Virus record (IMG/VR): IMGVR_UViG_3300006916_000047
DNA length: 64,000 bases
Source of the DNA: an uncultured virus (IMG/VR IMGVR_UViG_3300006916_000047)
Lineage: Duplodnaviria; Heunggongvirae; Uroviricota; Caudoviricetes
Reading direction: 5' to 3' (one strand)
The translations under genes and the position numbers were made by a program. This document shows, piece after piece, positions 1-10,986 of the stretch. The stretch's first letter is position 1. Every line of letters begins with the position of its first letter. The notes under the pieces are model-generated. The model was not told where the DNA came from, searched no databases, and saw nothing but the letters and a program-made list of their open reading frames with translations.

Positions 1-183
1 AGGTCAAGAGGGGCCTCCTTAGAAAAAGACAATAAATTCGTAGTGTTGGCAAAGGACTTTCCGACCTCCAATACTTCTACTGGACTTACAGGTTTTATTC
101 AAAGTTTCAGTTTTGAACTAAATGCTGAAACAGTAGAAGTTGCTTTTAATATGGAATTTGTCGTAGCCAATGTTCTTCCTTGA
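1..183 (+). CDS. 3' end of a virion/tail-module protein (truncated by window start)
   Basis: Frame 1 is open from base 1 to TGA at 181-183 (...GLTGFIQSFSFELNAETVEVAFNMEFVVANVLP*); sits directly upstream of tail genes. Confidence 0.6.
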   Translation, partial: RSRGASLEKDNKFVVLAKDFPTSNTSTGLTGFIQSFSFELNAETVEVAFNMEFVVANVLP

Positions 184-192
184 GGTTTTATT

Positions 193-1380
193 ATGTCGTA
201 TTCCATTTTCACAGGAAAGCAACGCTCGCTTGTTTTTCCAATTATGTGTAATGGTTTTTTAACGATAGATTATACCGATAATGTGGCCTCAACAGGAACA
301 GGGATTACCTATGGTCTTTGGGATTTAGACGACAACTTTACCTTTGAGTGTGTCTTAACTCCCTATGAAATCAACGGTTATGGGACTCATAGCAGTACGG
401 GCGACACTTACATACCCACCACTGGGAACCTTTCAAAGGTGAGCCATAGCGATGGTTTAGGCATAGTTTCCAGTAGCAAAAAAATCATGTCTGCGTTAGA
501 AGAATCCATCTACACCGCAGGGACACAGAACAATCATCAAAGCGAAGTTTATCTGCCAAGAGCAAATCGCAAAAATCACGAAATGAGAATCTTTCATAGC
601 ACCAACTTTCAAGTGAGTTTGGTAAATGATACTCTACACAATGAGAATAACCCTGCAAGATACAAAATTAAGGTAGGCATAAAATTAGGCACTGCTTCTA
701 TGGAGTATTTCACAAGCGATGCAGTTATTTTGCCAAACGAAGGGGGGCAATATGATTACTCTTCCGTACCTGACTTACAGGGTTTTGATACCGATGGCAA
801 GTTAAAATACAGAAGAATAAGTTTTGCTCTCGCCGGTTCATCGGGAACGACTCTTAAAATGACAACAGGCGCAGGAATTGATGATAAGTTATTTGAAAAT
901 GTTGAATTATTCACTAGAAGCGGAACAGATTTAGTATCTATTGGCCTATTTGATAGTAAGCCTTCTGCTAGCACTATTACTTTAAAGTCTGCATTAACAA
1001 CAACTATTTCATCGGGCGACCCAATTTTTATCAAACATATTCAAGAACCAAGTTATATTAACAACACATATCATATTGCTTGTTCTTGGGATAATCAAAA
1101 CAAAGTTGCTAATGTGTTCTTCAATGGTCGCTTGGTCAAGACTGGAACGCATACGCAGACAACTTCTTTTGCTATGGCCGCAGAAGATTTTTACATTGGG
1201 GCTAACGGTGGAGGCGCAACGGGGGCAAATTCGGCAACTACTAATAATCAATTCATGGGGGAACTCCATGAGTTGAGCATTATGAATATCAATAAAAGAG
1301 AGTTTAATGCCGTGAATAACTTAATGCCTAATTTAAATGATACTGTTTTGTATTTGAGATTTGAGGAGGTGGATGATTAA
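193..1380 (+). CDS. Virion protein with C-terminal LamG/concanavalin-A-like domain
   Basis: YHIACSWD...VFFNGRLV...FYIGA...FMGELHELSI is the LamG-like pattern; located in the tail module. Confidence 0.7.
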   Translation: MSYSIFTGKQRSLVFPIMCNGFLTIDYTDNVASTGTGITYGLWDLDDNFTFECVLTPYEINGYGTHSSTGDTYIPTTGNLSKVSHSDGLGIVSSSKKIMSALEESIYTAGTQNNHQSEVYLPRANRKNHEMRIFHSTNFQVSLVNDTLHNENNPARYKIKVGIKLGTASMEYFTSDAVILPNEGGQYDYSSVPDLQGFDTDGKLKYRRISFALAGSSGTTLKMTTGAGIDDKLFENVELFTRSGTDLVSIGLFDSKPSASTITLKSALTTTISSGDPIFIKHIQEPSYINNTYHIACSWDNQNKVANVFFNGRLVKTGTHTQTTSFAMAAEDFYIGANGGGATGANSATTNNQFMGELHELSIMNINKREFNAVNNLMPNLNDTVLYLRFEEVDD

Positions 1381-4300
1381 TGGCACTAGATATAAAAGAT
1401 AGTAATATCTTCAATGCACCCACTAACCCATATTTAATTGACACCAGCCCAACTGACGGGCATAGAATATATACTGCAATTACGACAGAAGACACTTCTG
1501 TTGCGATTACTGGTTGGGGCGGAACTATTACAGAAAATTCTAATCTAAATACAACGAAGGGATTTAGAATCAAATGCTATGATTCATTGACCACGACAGG
1601 GATTAGGTTTAACCCTACTGCTACAAACTTAACAGATAATGACTTTTTTGTTCTGATTTATTCTGATAAGCCTTATCAACATCACTTTGCTAAAATTACT
1701 GAAGTTTTAACAGAAGACGAATATGGTGATGCCTTTGAATTTGAACCAAAGTTAGGAAATGAAATCCCAAAAGATACCAAGTTCATTATTTTCCAAATGA
1801 CCAAGAATGGGAGCGTTGTTGCCGTCTCAATGGGCATGCTCCAAGATGATAGTTTGGGTTCTGCATCAAATGATTTTGAAGGGGAGTTATGGAGAAGAAT
1901 GGCAGTGGCAAGGCCACTATTTTATTTCCCCGCAAGAGAAAGTAATCTTGATGGCATGGATAAATCTAATGAGTTGAACCATAATCGCAAGTTTTATGCT
2001 ATGAGGGAAAGCGGTACAGCCAACAGTTATACGCTATCAAATGCAGATAACTGCCAAGTTTTTACAACCATGCAAGACTTTGGTAAGTCTGTTGTAGATT
2101 ACAGCAGGTTCTCATACAAGATAAAATTGACTGATAAATTAAGAGACTTGGATGCGGCACAAGTAGCAAGTCCAAGCACTTCTGCAACTAACGAAGGGAC
2201 GATTGTTTCAGCAGATGATACTGACTATAACGACAGCCATTTTAATGCAAGAAGAATTGCCGATGATGTAATCACTTCTCCTGTTTTTACCGGCCCTCTA
2301 AGATACCTAAGTTATGATTTTTCTCCGACAAAATCAAATCTACTTTACAATGTTTATGACCACAACAATACAGAATCCATTGACGGGAAAGGTGGTTTTG
2401 CAGAAACATCAGTTATTGATAACGGAAGAATTATGCCAAGAAAGGTAAAAGAGTTTGACGCATACCGTGTAAGACATACCATCCATACTGGGGATATGAA
2501 TGAGTTCTTTGCTTTAAAGACAACATACAATTCTTCTACTTCTGCCACAGTATTTTCATTCAATACTGAGTATGATTTGGGAACCGTATTGAACACAGGT
2601 GATGAAGTCAAAATTGATGATGAGATTTTGATTGTGAAGACTATCGGTTCGCTATCGGGAACAACTCAAGCCCTCACCTTTGAGAATGACACTTCAAACC
2701 CCTATGCAAGAACCGAGAGCGAAGGGGAATTTACCGCACAATCAATCACCCCCTCAAGTGGTGCAACGCTCCACAGGCGAGCATATAACGCCAAAGACGG
2801 GACACTTATGCTTGACACCACACTACTTAACGGCAGGTTCAGTAAAATGTATCTGTCGTTCACTTCTTTAAATCACAATGAAAGATTTGCCACTATTACT
2901 GCTTGCGATGCCACTAAGGGAATGATTACTCTTTTGTTTAGTGATGCTTCTTATAACACCAATCCGTTGAGTTTTGCTCAAGGAGAATACAGATTACACA
3001 TTGAAAGGTTCAATGGAGAAATTGAAAATATTCAAAGTAAAAAGGAAGATGGTCAGACCATTATGGAAATTCAGGGGAGAGACAAGTTTAATAAGTTGCT
3101 TTCTCCAGTTGTGAATTTAAACAGTTTGTTTAGTGAAGATATTATTTATTCTACAAATAGCCCGTATAATAAATTGGGAAATGTTAGAAGTGCTTCAACA
3201 TTTACCATAACACTAGGACAGGAAACTTGGCAAACAACAATTCCTTGTGATTCTAGCAATACTGGGCCTAACTTTGATAATTTTCCGATAGTGGGAACAA
3301 AACTATTTACTGCTAATGGGTATGTTGGAGAGGTTCTCACTTCCAGTCTTTATTCTCATGGAGGTGGGGCAGCAAGACAATATACCATTACTCCTGCTTT
3401 AACTGAAGCAAACTCAGAAGCAATCTATATGGACATTGAGAAAAATTATGTTCTCTCAAAAGCACTAGGTTCTTCTCACCTTGCTACGAATAAACCCTCT
3501 TCTCTTACAGGAGCCGCTAATAAGGGATTAATTTTTACATCAGGAAACAAAATCACAATGTCAAGCGGTGCTGAAAGTGATTCTTTAGTTTCAAGTAGTG
3601 CAAATGCAAGTGCTGGTGCAATTGGATATGCAATTAATAAACCATCATCTATTTCAAATGACTTTGCTTTCCAAGCGTTATTAAAAGACGAACATGGAAG
3701 CGCAGGGTCATCCTCCTTTGATACGGTAAATACTTTGATTGATTTTGAGGTGGTTTCTACTTCAAAGAAAGATAATATAACTCAAATAGAACTTGCACCA
3801 TATATTCCCATTACTTTAGGAAGAAAAACAAACTATTTCACAGATACTAGTGAAATGACATTTACAGAAGTTGGGACTATTACTGCCTTTAGCAACATTA
3901 ATGATAGGTACTTTGAAACTACAAATACTAATGCTTATTCACTTTTATTGGGAGAGCCTCTCTTTGTAGGAACTTCCAAGACATTTGTAGGTTTAGTTTT
4001 TGATATTGTTCATTTAACCACAACAGCGGCGGCAAATACTAGAATAGCATTAGATAGAACAATCGTAGATTTATCTACTGGAAATACGATTTACAAAGCA
4101 GCAAAGCCGACAAATGACCTTGTTTTAGTGAATGGTTCTCATTTATGGGGAGGCAAAATATTAACTTCGCCGCATCTTAAATTCTTAAATTCTCAAATTG
4201 TTCCCTTAAATATTGAAAGCACAACTATTGCAGGAGACAACAGTAGTAGATTCGGCCAAGCATACTATAAAACCCACGGTGTTTCATTTGGAAATTTTGG

Positions 4301-5921
4301 TTTAAATAAGCCGCTTGTTTTTGACTTAGGAAAGAAAATACCCAACTTATACGCAAATAAATCTAATTTTAATTATTATGCTAGCGCATATAATTTTAAA
4401 CCCAATACAGGGTCAAGCAATATAAACAACACAGATAAGACTGACTCTTCTTATAGGGTTTTGCCACCGCATCAAAGAGGCTTAACTAGCCCCTACGGTT
4501 CTAATTTAAACAATGTAAGAATACACACCGATGGAATTGAAACAAAAATGCAGAACCAATTTACTAACGAAATGCAAATACAAGCAAGATACACAGACAT
4601 AGATGAATCTAATGCAAGGCTATTTTTGTATATCAATAGCGATATTTTGCCTTATACTGCTTTACGAGAAGATAGTCTTTTACATGAAACATCTAATGCT
4701 ATAACTAAAAATATTCTAAATTACAATCTATTTCTTTTGGAAAATAATAAAACAAAGGACTCTTCTATTGAGTCGGGTAATAGACTGCTTTTAAATGACA
4801 ATTCCTTTCAAACCATCGGGTTTAGCACAGAAGAAGATATTTCTCAACTAAAAAGGTTTGGCTTAATGCGACTAACAGAATTATGTGTAGACTTCATGTT
4901 TAATCCTGTTAATCCAGAAAAAAGAATTAAGAAAAAATATGAAAATATTTTTAGTAGGGAATTTAAAACTTATGCAATCACAAGCGTTGGGACAATTAAT
5001 ACAATTAGTGGGGCTGCTATGGCTTTTACAGGAAGTGTTTCTTTAACAGATGGCGACTATTTGGTTGATGAAAATGGACTATTTCTTGGAATTGTAGATA
5101 CAACACAAACTGCTGCATCCCACGCATTTAAATCAAATGTTATATTAACCAATAATGGGTCTAAAGCGACTTCTGCCTTTAAAGTGGTATCTACTGACAA
5201 CAATATAAAAGGCAGAGGTAATAAAGACTCTTTTAGCGAATTAGCGTCAAATGAATTACATCCACTTAAATGTTGTATTATCCCAGAAGGTAGCACTTAT
5301 GGGGGAGATTCTGGCGATAAAGCAAATGGAATATCGTTAGTATCAAATCAAGAAATTACTTTGCCCCTTGCTTTTACCTCAGACTTAATGGGCCTTTCAG
5401 CAGATGTGTCTAGTGATTTTAGACCCTTTACTCATTTAATAACACATGATTATGGAAAAGCGCATAGTGGACTTATAGGGGTTGTTTTAGATAGATTTGA
5501 TATTGAGGATGGTGGGGAAAGCAAAGCAGAAAGCGGGAATACTACACAAGTCTTGAAAGGTGTCGCTGGAGGAATAAACTTCAACTCTATGTTCCATGCC
5601 GCTTTATCCTCTGATAAGCATTTCAAATCATTTGATTATCCTTCAGACACTTCCGAAGGATTCACAACAGCAAGACCATATGAAGTGGACGGTGCTTATA
5701 TGGCATTTAAGCCTAGACTTTGGGTTGATTCTGGTAATTATTCTACTGCTACAATTACTTCGTCTTCTGGTAATTTGCATAAAAATGTTATTGATGTGGA
5801 AACTAGCAGTTTAGATAACAACTTTTTAAAATTCATTGATTTAACTGGTTGCTATTTAGTGCCAGAAGAGGGAGTAGATATTGATGGAACCAGTATTACA
5901 AAAGGCACAGAATTTTTATGA
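1380..5921 (+). CDS. Large tail/baseplate-type structural protein, N-terminal part
   Basis: 1513 aa, S/T/N/G-rich; ends at one TGA that is in frame with the next ORF. Confidence 0.6.
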   Translation: MALDIKDSNIFNAPTNPYLIDTSPTDGHRIYTAITTEDTSVAITGWGGTITENSNLNTTKGFRIKCYDSLTTTGIRFNPTATNLTDNDFFVLIYSDKPYQHHFAKITEVLTEDEYGDAFEFEPKLGNEIPKDTKFIIFQMTKNGSVVAVSMGMLQDDSLGSASNDFEGELWRRMAVARPLFYFPARESNLDGMDKSNELNHNRKFYAMRESGTANSYTLSNADNCQVFTTMQDFGKSVVDYSRFSYKIKLTDKLRDLDAAQVASPSTSATNEGTIVSADDTDYNDSHFNARRIADDVITSPVFTGPLRYLSYDFSPTKSNLLYNVYDHNNTESIDGKGGFAETSVIDNGRIMPRKVKEFDAYRVRHTIHTGDMNEFFALKTTYNSSTSATVFSFNTEYDLGTVLNTGDEVKIDDEILIVKTIGSLSGTTQALTFENDTSNPYARTESEGEFTAQSITPSSGATLHRRAYNAKDGTLMLDTTLLNGRFSKMYLSFTSLNHNERFATITACDATKGMITLLFSDASYNTNPLSFAQGEYRLHIERFNGEIENIQSKKEDGQTIMEIQGRDKFNKLLSPVVNLNSLFSEDIIYSTNSPYNKLGNVRSASTFTITLGQETWQTTIPCDSSNTGPNFDNFPIVGTKLFTANGYVGEVLTSSLYSHGGGAARQYTITPALTEANSEAIYMDIEKNYVLSKALGSSHLATNKPSSLTGAANKGLIFTSGNKITMSSGAESDSLVSSSANASAGAIGYAINKPSSISNDFAFQALLKDEHGSAGSSSFDTVNTLIDFEVVSTSKKDNITQIELAPYIPITLGRKTNYFTDTSEMTFTEVGTITAFSNINDRYFETTNTNAYSLLLGEPLFVGTSKTFVGLVFDIVHLTTTAAANTRIALDRTIVDLSTGNTIYKAAKPTNDLVLVNGSHLWGGKILTSPHLKFLNSQIVPLNIESTTIAGDNSSRFGQAYYKTHGVSFGNFGLNKPLVFDLGKKIPNLYANKSNFNYYASAYNFKPNTGSSNINNTDKTDSSYRVLPPHQRGLTSPYGSNLNNVRIHTDGIETKMQNQFTNEMQIQARYTDIDESNARLFLYINSDILPYTALREDSLLHETSNAITKNILNYNLFLLENNKTKDSSIESGNRLLLNDNSFQTIGFSTEEDISQLKRFGLMRLTELCVDFMFNPVNPEKRIKKKYENIFSREFKTYAITSVGTINTISGAAMAFTGSVSLTDGDYLVDENGLFLGIVDTTQTAASHAFKSNVILTNNGSKATSAFKVVSTDNNIKGRGNKDSFSELASNELHPLKCCIIPEGSTYGGDSGDKANGISLVSNQEITLPLAFTSDLMGLSADVSSDFRPFTHLITHDYGKAHSGLIGVVLDRFDIEDGGESKAESGNTTQVLKGVAGGINFNSMFHAALSSDKHFKSFDYPSDTSEGFTTARPYEVDGAYMAFKPRLWVDSGNYSTATITSSSGNLHKNVIDVETSSLDNNFLKFIDLTGCYLVPEEGVDIDGTSITKGTEFL

Positions 5922-5927
5922 AAGAGT

Positions 5928-7472
5928 ATGAATGGCGCAACTCCCTCTACTTCAGGCACTCCTAAGTTAATACACATTTATTCTCATGAAATTTCTAATT
6001 CAAATGATAAAGACCATCATTTAATTTGTGATGAGGCTTTAGTTAATGACACCCCTTACAGAATATTGCAGCCTAACCAAACTTGCTTATATGATTTTAT
6101 GCCAGAAAAAATATTTTTGAATACTTTGTCTTCGGAATATACTAAAATGGCGAATGAGAATAAAGTGTATGATATGGAAAATCACTATCACTATAAGGAA
6201 TCAAAAGACATATCAGGAAACACTAATTATAGGGACGATGCTGTATTATCCATGTTTGTTGCCATTGACCTAAACAATAAAAGCAGTGATGGAAATGTTA
6301 TTATCAAATCACCTAATAATTTCGTCAATAATCTTCTTCCTGCTGGAGACTACAATATGTTGTTTAGTGATGGAGAAAACTCCGAAAAAATTTCAATACG
6401 AGCAGATAAAGATGACCAAACATCAGGAATTAACTTAGGTTCTCTTACCTTGTCCAAAGGATTTAATGGACAAGGTATTGTTTCTATTTCGGAAACTTTT
6501 ACCCTTTTATCAAATGAAGAATTAAAAATTAACCCAACAAGAGCCTGTATTGGTTCTACTGTTAGCGTTGGTCTTGAAGGTGAAGACCTTATCAATGAAT
6601 TACTTGAGCAAGAAGGAATTGAATTCACAACTACTTCGACGGACACACCGATGTATTTAGCACCCAACTATCAAGGCGTAGATTTGTATTCTGCAATCCG
6701 ATATATTCTTGATAGAAAGGATATGAAACTTGTTGAGGAAAATGATGTGTTCAAGATTATTCCCGAAGATGAAGACTCCCTAAGAACAAATATTACTATT
6801 GACGACAGCGACGAATTCCTTATCATTGACTTTGATAAAGTATCTACCCTCTTTGATTTCTTCAATGAAATTAATGTTTATGGGAATGCTCACAAAGCAG
6901 TTCGTAAAGACATTCGCTCAATTCAAAAGAGGGGAAGAAAGACCTTAGAAGTTGTAGATAATACTCTACTAACTCAAGAAGAAGTGGATAAGCGAGCCAC
7001 TAAACTCTTAAGGATTCATTCTCGCCTCAATCAAAAGTTATCTTTTACTTTACACAGTAGGGGTATTGCTCAAGTAAGAGTCGGAGATATTGTAAATGTC
7101 TCTATCCCAAGAGAAAACATTGAGATGAACGAATACATTGTTTTGGAAATGGAACATCAATTGACTGGCTTTATCAAACTACAACTTGGCCGATACAGCA
7201 AGGACTTGTCTGATGTCTTCTCCGAATTGTTGATTTCCAGTAAGGAAACGAAGGCGGCATTGAGAAGCAACGACTTAAGCACACAGGAAGTCTCCTTTAA
7301 TTTCCTTGACACAGTGGACACCAAAGAGATTAAATTGTTGGTTCGGAAGAGAAGTGCGGGAGGCGCAGGTCGGACTCTCGGCTTTGGGACAGCGTTAGGA
7401 TTTACTACTCCTTTAGGATTTACAGGTGGGGCAATCACAATTACTGATTTAGTGGAGGAAGATTTAGCATGA
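5928..7472 (+). CDS. Tail hub/baseplate-like protein; probably the C-terminal part of the preceding ORF
   Basis: Same frame as 1380..5921; C-terminal NEINVYG...SIQKRGRKTLEVVD...VGDIVNV...YIVLEMEH resembles tail hub proteins. Confidence 0.55.
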   Translation: MNGATPSTSGTPKLIHIYSHEISNSNDKDHHLICDEALVNDTPYRILQPNQTCLYDFMPEKIFLNTLSSEYTKMANENKVYDMENHYHYKESKDISGNTNYRDDAVLSMFVAIDLNNKSSDGNVIIKSPNNFVNNLLPAGDYNMLFSDGENSEKISIRADKDDQTSGINLGSLTLSKGFNGQGIVSISETFTLLSNEELKINPTRACIGSTVSVGLEGEDLINELLEQEGIEFTTTSTDTPMYLAPNYQGVDLYSAIRYILDRKDMKLVEENDVFKIIPEDEDSLRTNITIDDSDEFLIIDFDKVSTLFDFFNEINVYGNAHKAVRKDIRSIQKRGRKTLEVVDNTLLTQEEVDKRATKLLRIHSRLNQKLSFTLHSRGIAQVRVGDIVNVSIPRENIEMNEYIVLEMEHQLTGFIKLQLGRYSKDLSDVFSELLISSKETKAALRSNDLSTQEVSFNFLDTVDTKEIKLLVRKRSAGGAGRTLGFGTALGFTTPLGFTGGAITITDLVEEDLA

Positions 7473-7807
7473 TTACAGATGAATTAAAAACATTGATTGC
7501 CACACATATCAAAGATAACCTCTTTGATACCGCAGAAGTCGGTCTTGGAGGAAATGCCACAAGCCCAACCGCTACCGATTTAGATGTTCCTTTATCCGCC
7601 GCTACCACATTAACAATTACAAACTCCACATTAAATGTTATTGAGGTAAAAGTATCAGTAGCGGGTAGCGCAATTCAAGGTCAAGTTATTCGTGAGGTTG
7701 GTTTATTTAATGCTGGCAGATTAGTATATAGAGCCAACTTTCAAGGAGTTGGCCCATTTTCCACAACAGAAACACTAGAACTGTTTATATTGTTGGAGGT
7801 TGAGTAA
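7469..7807 (+). CDS. Small tail/baseplate structural protein
   Basis: 112 aa; VGLGG...IREVGLF pattern seen in tail-fibre attachment/baseplate proteins; overlaps both neighbours. Confidence 0.5.
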   Translation: MITDELKTLIATHIKDNLFDTAEVGLGGNATSPTATDLDVPLSAATTLTITNSTLNVIEVKVSVAGSAIQGQVIREVGLFNAGRLVYRANFQGVGPFSTTETLELFILLEVE

Positions 7808-7808
7808 T

Positions 7809-9536
7809 ATGGTAAGTAATCCGAACTTTTACGGGCAAAGCACACACGGAACGCCTAATCAAATTGAAGATGGTGTAGATTTTCCTCATACAGGGATTAT
7901 TAAAGCCCTTTCAGATGGTTTAGGTCAAAACTATGCAATTAGTGGTTTTGACATTACTATTGATAGCGCAACACAAATTGATGTTGGTGCAGGAGTTATT
8001 TTCCGTGATGGTAAAAGAGTCGCAGTTTCAGCAGTTTCTAATTTAACATTGAGTTCAACATATACGAATGGTTATCATTTACTAATTGCTAGTAGTGCTT
8101 CTTCTCCTGTTTTAACGATAAGAAACCCTACTGCGGCGGATAAGGTCGCTCAATATACGGCAGGAGATACTATTATTGCAGTTATTACCCATAACGGAAC
8201 TGCAAATGTAGGTATTCAATATCTTACTGTTAATAAAACTGAAAATTCTTTAAGCCTTGGCTATAATAATTCAGGATATACTGAAACAGGAACCTTAACT
8301 GCTGATGCCAATGGAATTACAATGACAGGATTACATAAACTAGATACTTTAACAACGGCAACTGCACATGGAACGAATAGTAAAGTTTTAATTCAAGATG
8401 GTGCTAACGGTGAGGAAATTAGAACCATTACTGCTCAATCTATTGCTGACCTTGCACCACAGGGAGATATTACTGGCATAACTGCTGGAGCGGGCTTAAC
8501 TGGAACTGATTTGACCGGCCCTGTTCCTACATTAAATGTAGAGGTAGATGATTCCACCATTGAAATTAATTCGGACGCATTGAGGGTAAAAGATGATGGA
8601 ATAACTTATGCTAAAATTCAAAATGTTTCTCAAACAAATGTTGTTCTTGGAAGAGATACTGCGGGCGCGGGCGTTATTGAAGAAATAGGTGCTACTGCTT
8701 TAGGCACAATGATTGGAGATACATTACAAACTATAACTACTCGTGGTGCTACTACTGCTATTGGTATCACCAATAATGGATATAGACACTACCAAATTCC
8801 ATTACCAGCCGCAGGTTTAACCGATTTAACGGTTGGTGCGCCCCCTGTGTTTAGTCATTATTACATTAACGCTAATGCTGCGTTAGTGGTGGGAACAAAC
8901 GGACAAGTTATTACAATCAAAAATATAGACACCAACCCTATTTTAATTACACATGCAACAGCGTTTGAAGGAGGTATTGCTTTTGCTAAAGACCAAAGAC
9001 ATACGGCTCCCGACACCATTACTTTAGAAAGTCTTGAAACAATAAGGCTTCAATATTTGTTAGATTCAGCAGGTGTTCCTACCGCTACTTGGTATATTAC
9101 TGAAACTGATACTGGGGGAACTGCTGGAATTGCTAATGTTGTAGATGATACAAGTCCTCAATTGGGCGGTAATTTAGATGTTAATAGTAATAAAATTACT
9201 GGAACTATTGTTTTTGATGGTGATGTTAATATTGAAGCAGGACATACATTAAGAACAACCACTTTACCCGTTGTAGATATTAACTCCGACCCTAACCCGT
9301 TAGTCTTAGATACTCACGCAGGGAGATATTTATTGTGTAGTTCAAATATTACCTTACCTGCTACTTCAACACAAGGCGACCAATACTTTTTGCTTAACGA
9401 TTCAGGAAGCAGTATTAGCATTTTAAGAAACGGAAATAACATAAATGGGGCGGCTAGCGATGCAACTTTAACCGCATATAAGGGTGCTACATGTATTGCT
9501 ATTGGCTCAAATAATTGGATTGTATTAGGTGTTTGA
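7809..9536 (+). CDS. Tail fibre-like protein
   Basis: T/G/A-rich; GDITGITAGAGLTG and DTSPQLGGNLDVN motifs are common in marine phage fibres; ATG at 7809 follows GGAGG. Confidence 0.65.
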   Translation: MVSNPNFYGQSTHGTPNQIEDGVDFPHTGIIKALSDGLGQNYAISGFDITIDSATQIDVGAGVIFRDGKRVAVSAVSNLTLSSTYTNGYHLLIASSASSPVLTIRNPTAADKVAQYTAGDTIIAVITHNGTANVGIQYLTVNKTENSLSLGYNNSGYTETGTLTADANGITMTGLHKLDTLTTATAHGTNSKVLIQDGANGEEIRTITAQSIADLAPQGDITGITAGAGLTGTDLTGPVPTLNVEVDDSTIEINSDALRVKDDGITYAKIQNVSQTNVVLGRDTAGAGVIEEIGATALGTMIGDTLQTITTRGATTAIGITNNGYRHYQIPLPAAGLTDLTVGAPPVFSHYYINANAALVVGTNGQVITIKNIDTNPILITHATAFEGGIAFAKDQRHTAPDTITLESLETIRLQYLLDSAGVPTATWYITETDTGGTAGIANVVDDTSPQLGGNLDVNSNKITGTIVFDGDVNIEAGHTLRTTTLPVVDINSDPNPLVLDTHAGRYLLCSSNITLPATSTQGDQYFLLNDSGSSISILRNGNNINGAASDATLTAYKGATCIAIGSNNWIVLGV

Positions 9537-9538
9537 TT

Positions 9539-10501
9539 ATGTTCGGTGGTTCCTGCGCTCAACAAAAAGTGTTGTCTAACGCTTATTCATTACAAACAAT
9601 TAAGGACAAATATGATACCGGAAGCGAAGTCCCCTATGGGAGAAATTTTAATTTTACAGAACAAAACAATGGTTGGCAGACTGGAATTAGAGTGTTTGGG
9701 CAGGACATGTTTATTTCTAATAGAGGAAATAATAATTCATTTGATAGCGATAGCGTGTTTTTGCATAAACTTAAGATTGTAAATTCAAATGGAACATACG
9801 ACCAGCGTTTAACTATTAGTAGCGGAAATGCAAATTTTACTTCCATTGATGGTTTTGATTTGGCTAATGGAACTAATTTGCTTATTTGTGGTTTTCATAG
9901 TAATAGTATAAAGAGTGCAACTCTCGCTACTCCATATGATTTGTCTTCTACATTTACAATAACTGGGACAAAAACCATAACTACGGGCATGAGAGGTTGT
10001 TCTTGGGGGAATGGTGGAAATAAGTATTTTGTGGTGTATCACGACCAATTGAGGCAATTTACTACTTCAACACCCTATGAAGTAGCAAGCGGAGATACAG
10101 AAGGAACATCAAAAACTCTTTCTTTAACAGCGGCAAGTGATATTTCTTTTAGCGATGATGGTCTTACAGTTTGGATTTCGGAACACGATGGAAACCTGCA
10201 CCAATTTACCCTATCCTCCGCTTGGGACACTACTACAATCGGTTCTCAAATTACTGTTGATACCGCTACCTTTTACGGGAATGAAGGGTCAAGTCCAGCA
10301 AGAAGTTCCTCCGCCACGGGAACAACTCAATGGATATGCGGCATGTATTGGAACGATGATGGAACGAAACTGTATGTTAATTCTCTTTGGGGGATGACTG
10401 ATACGAGCGAAGTAGTGGGAAGTCCAGCCCCTACAAATGTTATAGGAGAGGGTGGAAGTAGAACAAATACATTTGCTGTAATAGAATATTCCGTGGGTTA
10501 A
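9539..10501 (+). CDS. Beta-propeller-like virion/receptor-binding protein
   Basis: Repeated blades (LATPYDLSS, TSTPYEVAS, LSSAWDTTT; FSDDGLTVW, WNDDGTKLY); last gene of the + strand block. Confidence 0.55.
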   Translation: MFGGSCAQQKVLSNAYSLQTIKDKYDTGSEVPYGRNFNFTEQNNGWQTGIRVFGQDMFISNRGNNNSFDSDSVFLHKLKIVNSNGTYDQRLTISSGNANFTSIDGFDLANGTNLLICGFHSNSIKSATLATPYDLSSTFTITGTKTITTGMRGCSWGNGGNKYFVVYHDQLRQFTTSTPYEVASGDTEGTSKTLSLTAASDISFSDDGLTVWISEHDGNLHQFTLSSAWDTTTIGSQITVDTATFYGNEGSSPARSSSATGTTQWICGMYWNDDGTKLYVNSLWGMTDTSEVVGSPAPTNVIGEGGSRTNTFAVIEYSVG

Positions 10502-10661
10502 TTTCATGATATTTTATTTATTTCTATTAAGTTTTGCATTTGGCTTTGTTATAACTTGGTTCGCAATTGAACCAGAAAAAAGCACGACTATTTGGCTCTA
10601 CAAGAAATAAGTTTTTCAAACGAATAGAATTTTGCGTTAGTTTCGGCCTAAAAATTGGCAT

Positions 10662-10710
10662 AAAAAAAAGCGTCGGGAGGGGAATCACTCCCCTCCCTTT
10701 GTTTTCTTTG
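10662..10710. terminator. Hairpin at the convergent junction of the structural and replication blocks; candidate bidirectional terminator
   Basis: GGGAGGGGA-ATCAC-TCCCCTCCC (10675-10697) with an A8 run upstream and TTTGTTTTCTTTG downstream. Confidence 0.55.
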
Positions 10711-10837
10711 ACCAAATGCCAAGGCATAGCCTACATTCCCACAAAAGGGCTTGACTATCCGAGCCTAAATAGAACCCTTTCATTCTTCTTGCGATGGTTT
10801 TTTCACCGCAATATGGGCATTTTTGCTTAAGTCCCAT
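10685..10837 (-). CDS. Small Zn-ribbon protein (50 aa, below ORF-track cutoff)
   Basis: MGLKQKCPYCGEK...WECRLCLGIW; start overlaps the upstream stop. Confidence 0.6.
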   Translation of the reverse strand: MGLKQKCPYCGEKTIARRMKGFYLGSDSQALLWECRLCLGIWSKKTKGGE

Positions 10838-10986
10838 CACTTTCCGCCCTTATCGTCAGACATCAAACGCTTCATGTATTCTTCAACGCTTTCATCGGTG
10901 ATAGAAGTACCACCGAATGCGGCAAAGAATAGAAGCATAAGAACGCCAACGAAAAAGATTAAAGAAAACCAATCCCATGTCGTCAT
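10837..10986 (-). CDS. Small membrane protein (49 aa)
   Basis: MTTWDWFSLIFFVGVLMLLFFAAFGG hydrophobic helix; coupled to the upstream stop. Confidence 0.55.
   Translation of the reverse strand: MTTWDWFSLIFFVGVLMLLFFAAFGGTSITDESVEEYMKRLMSDDKGGK

Noticed and set aside
5919..5921. Selenocysteine or genome-wide TGA recoding
   Set aside because: TGA is a normal stop in many genes here (ATGA overlaps); no Sec machinery or redox motif context.
7809..10501. Diversity-generating retroelement acting on fibre genes
   Set aside because: No reverse transcriptase and no template/variable repeat pair seen.
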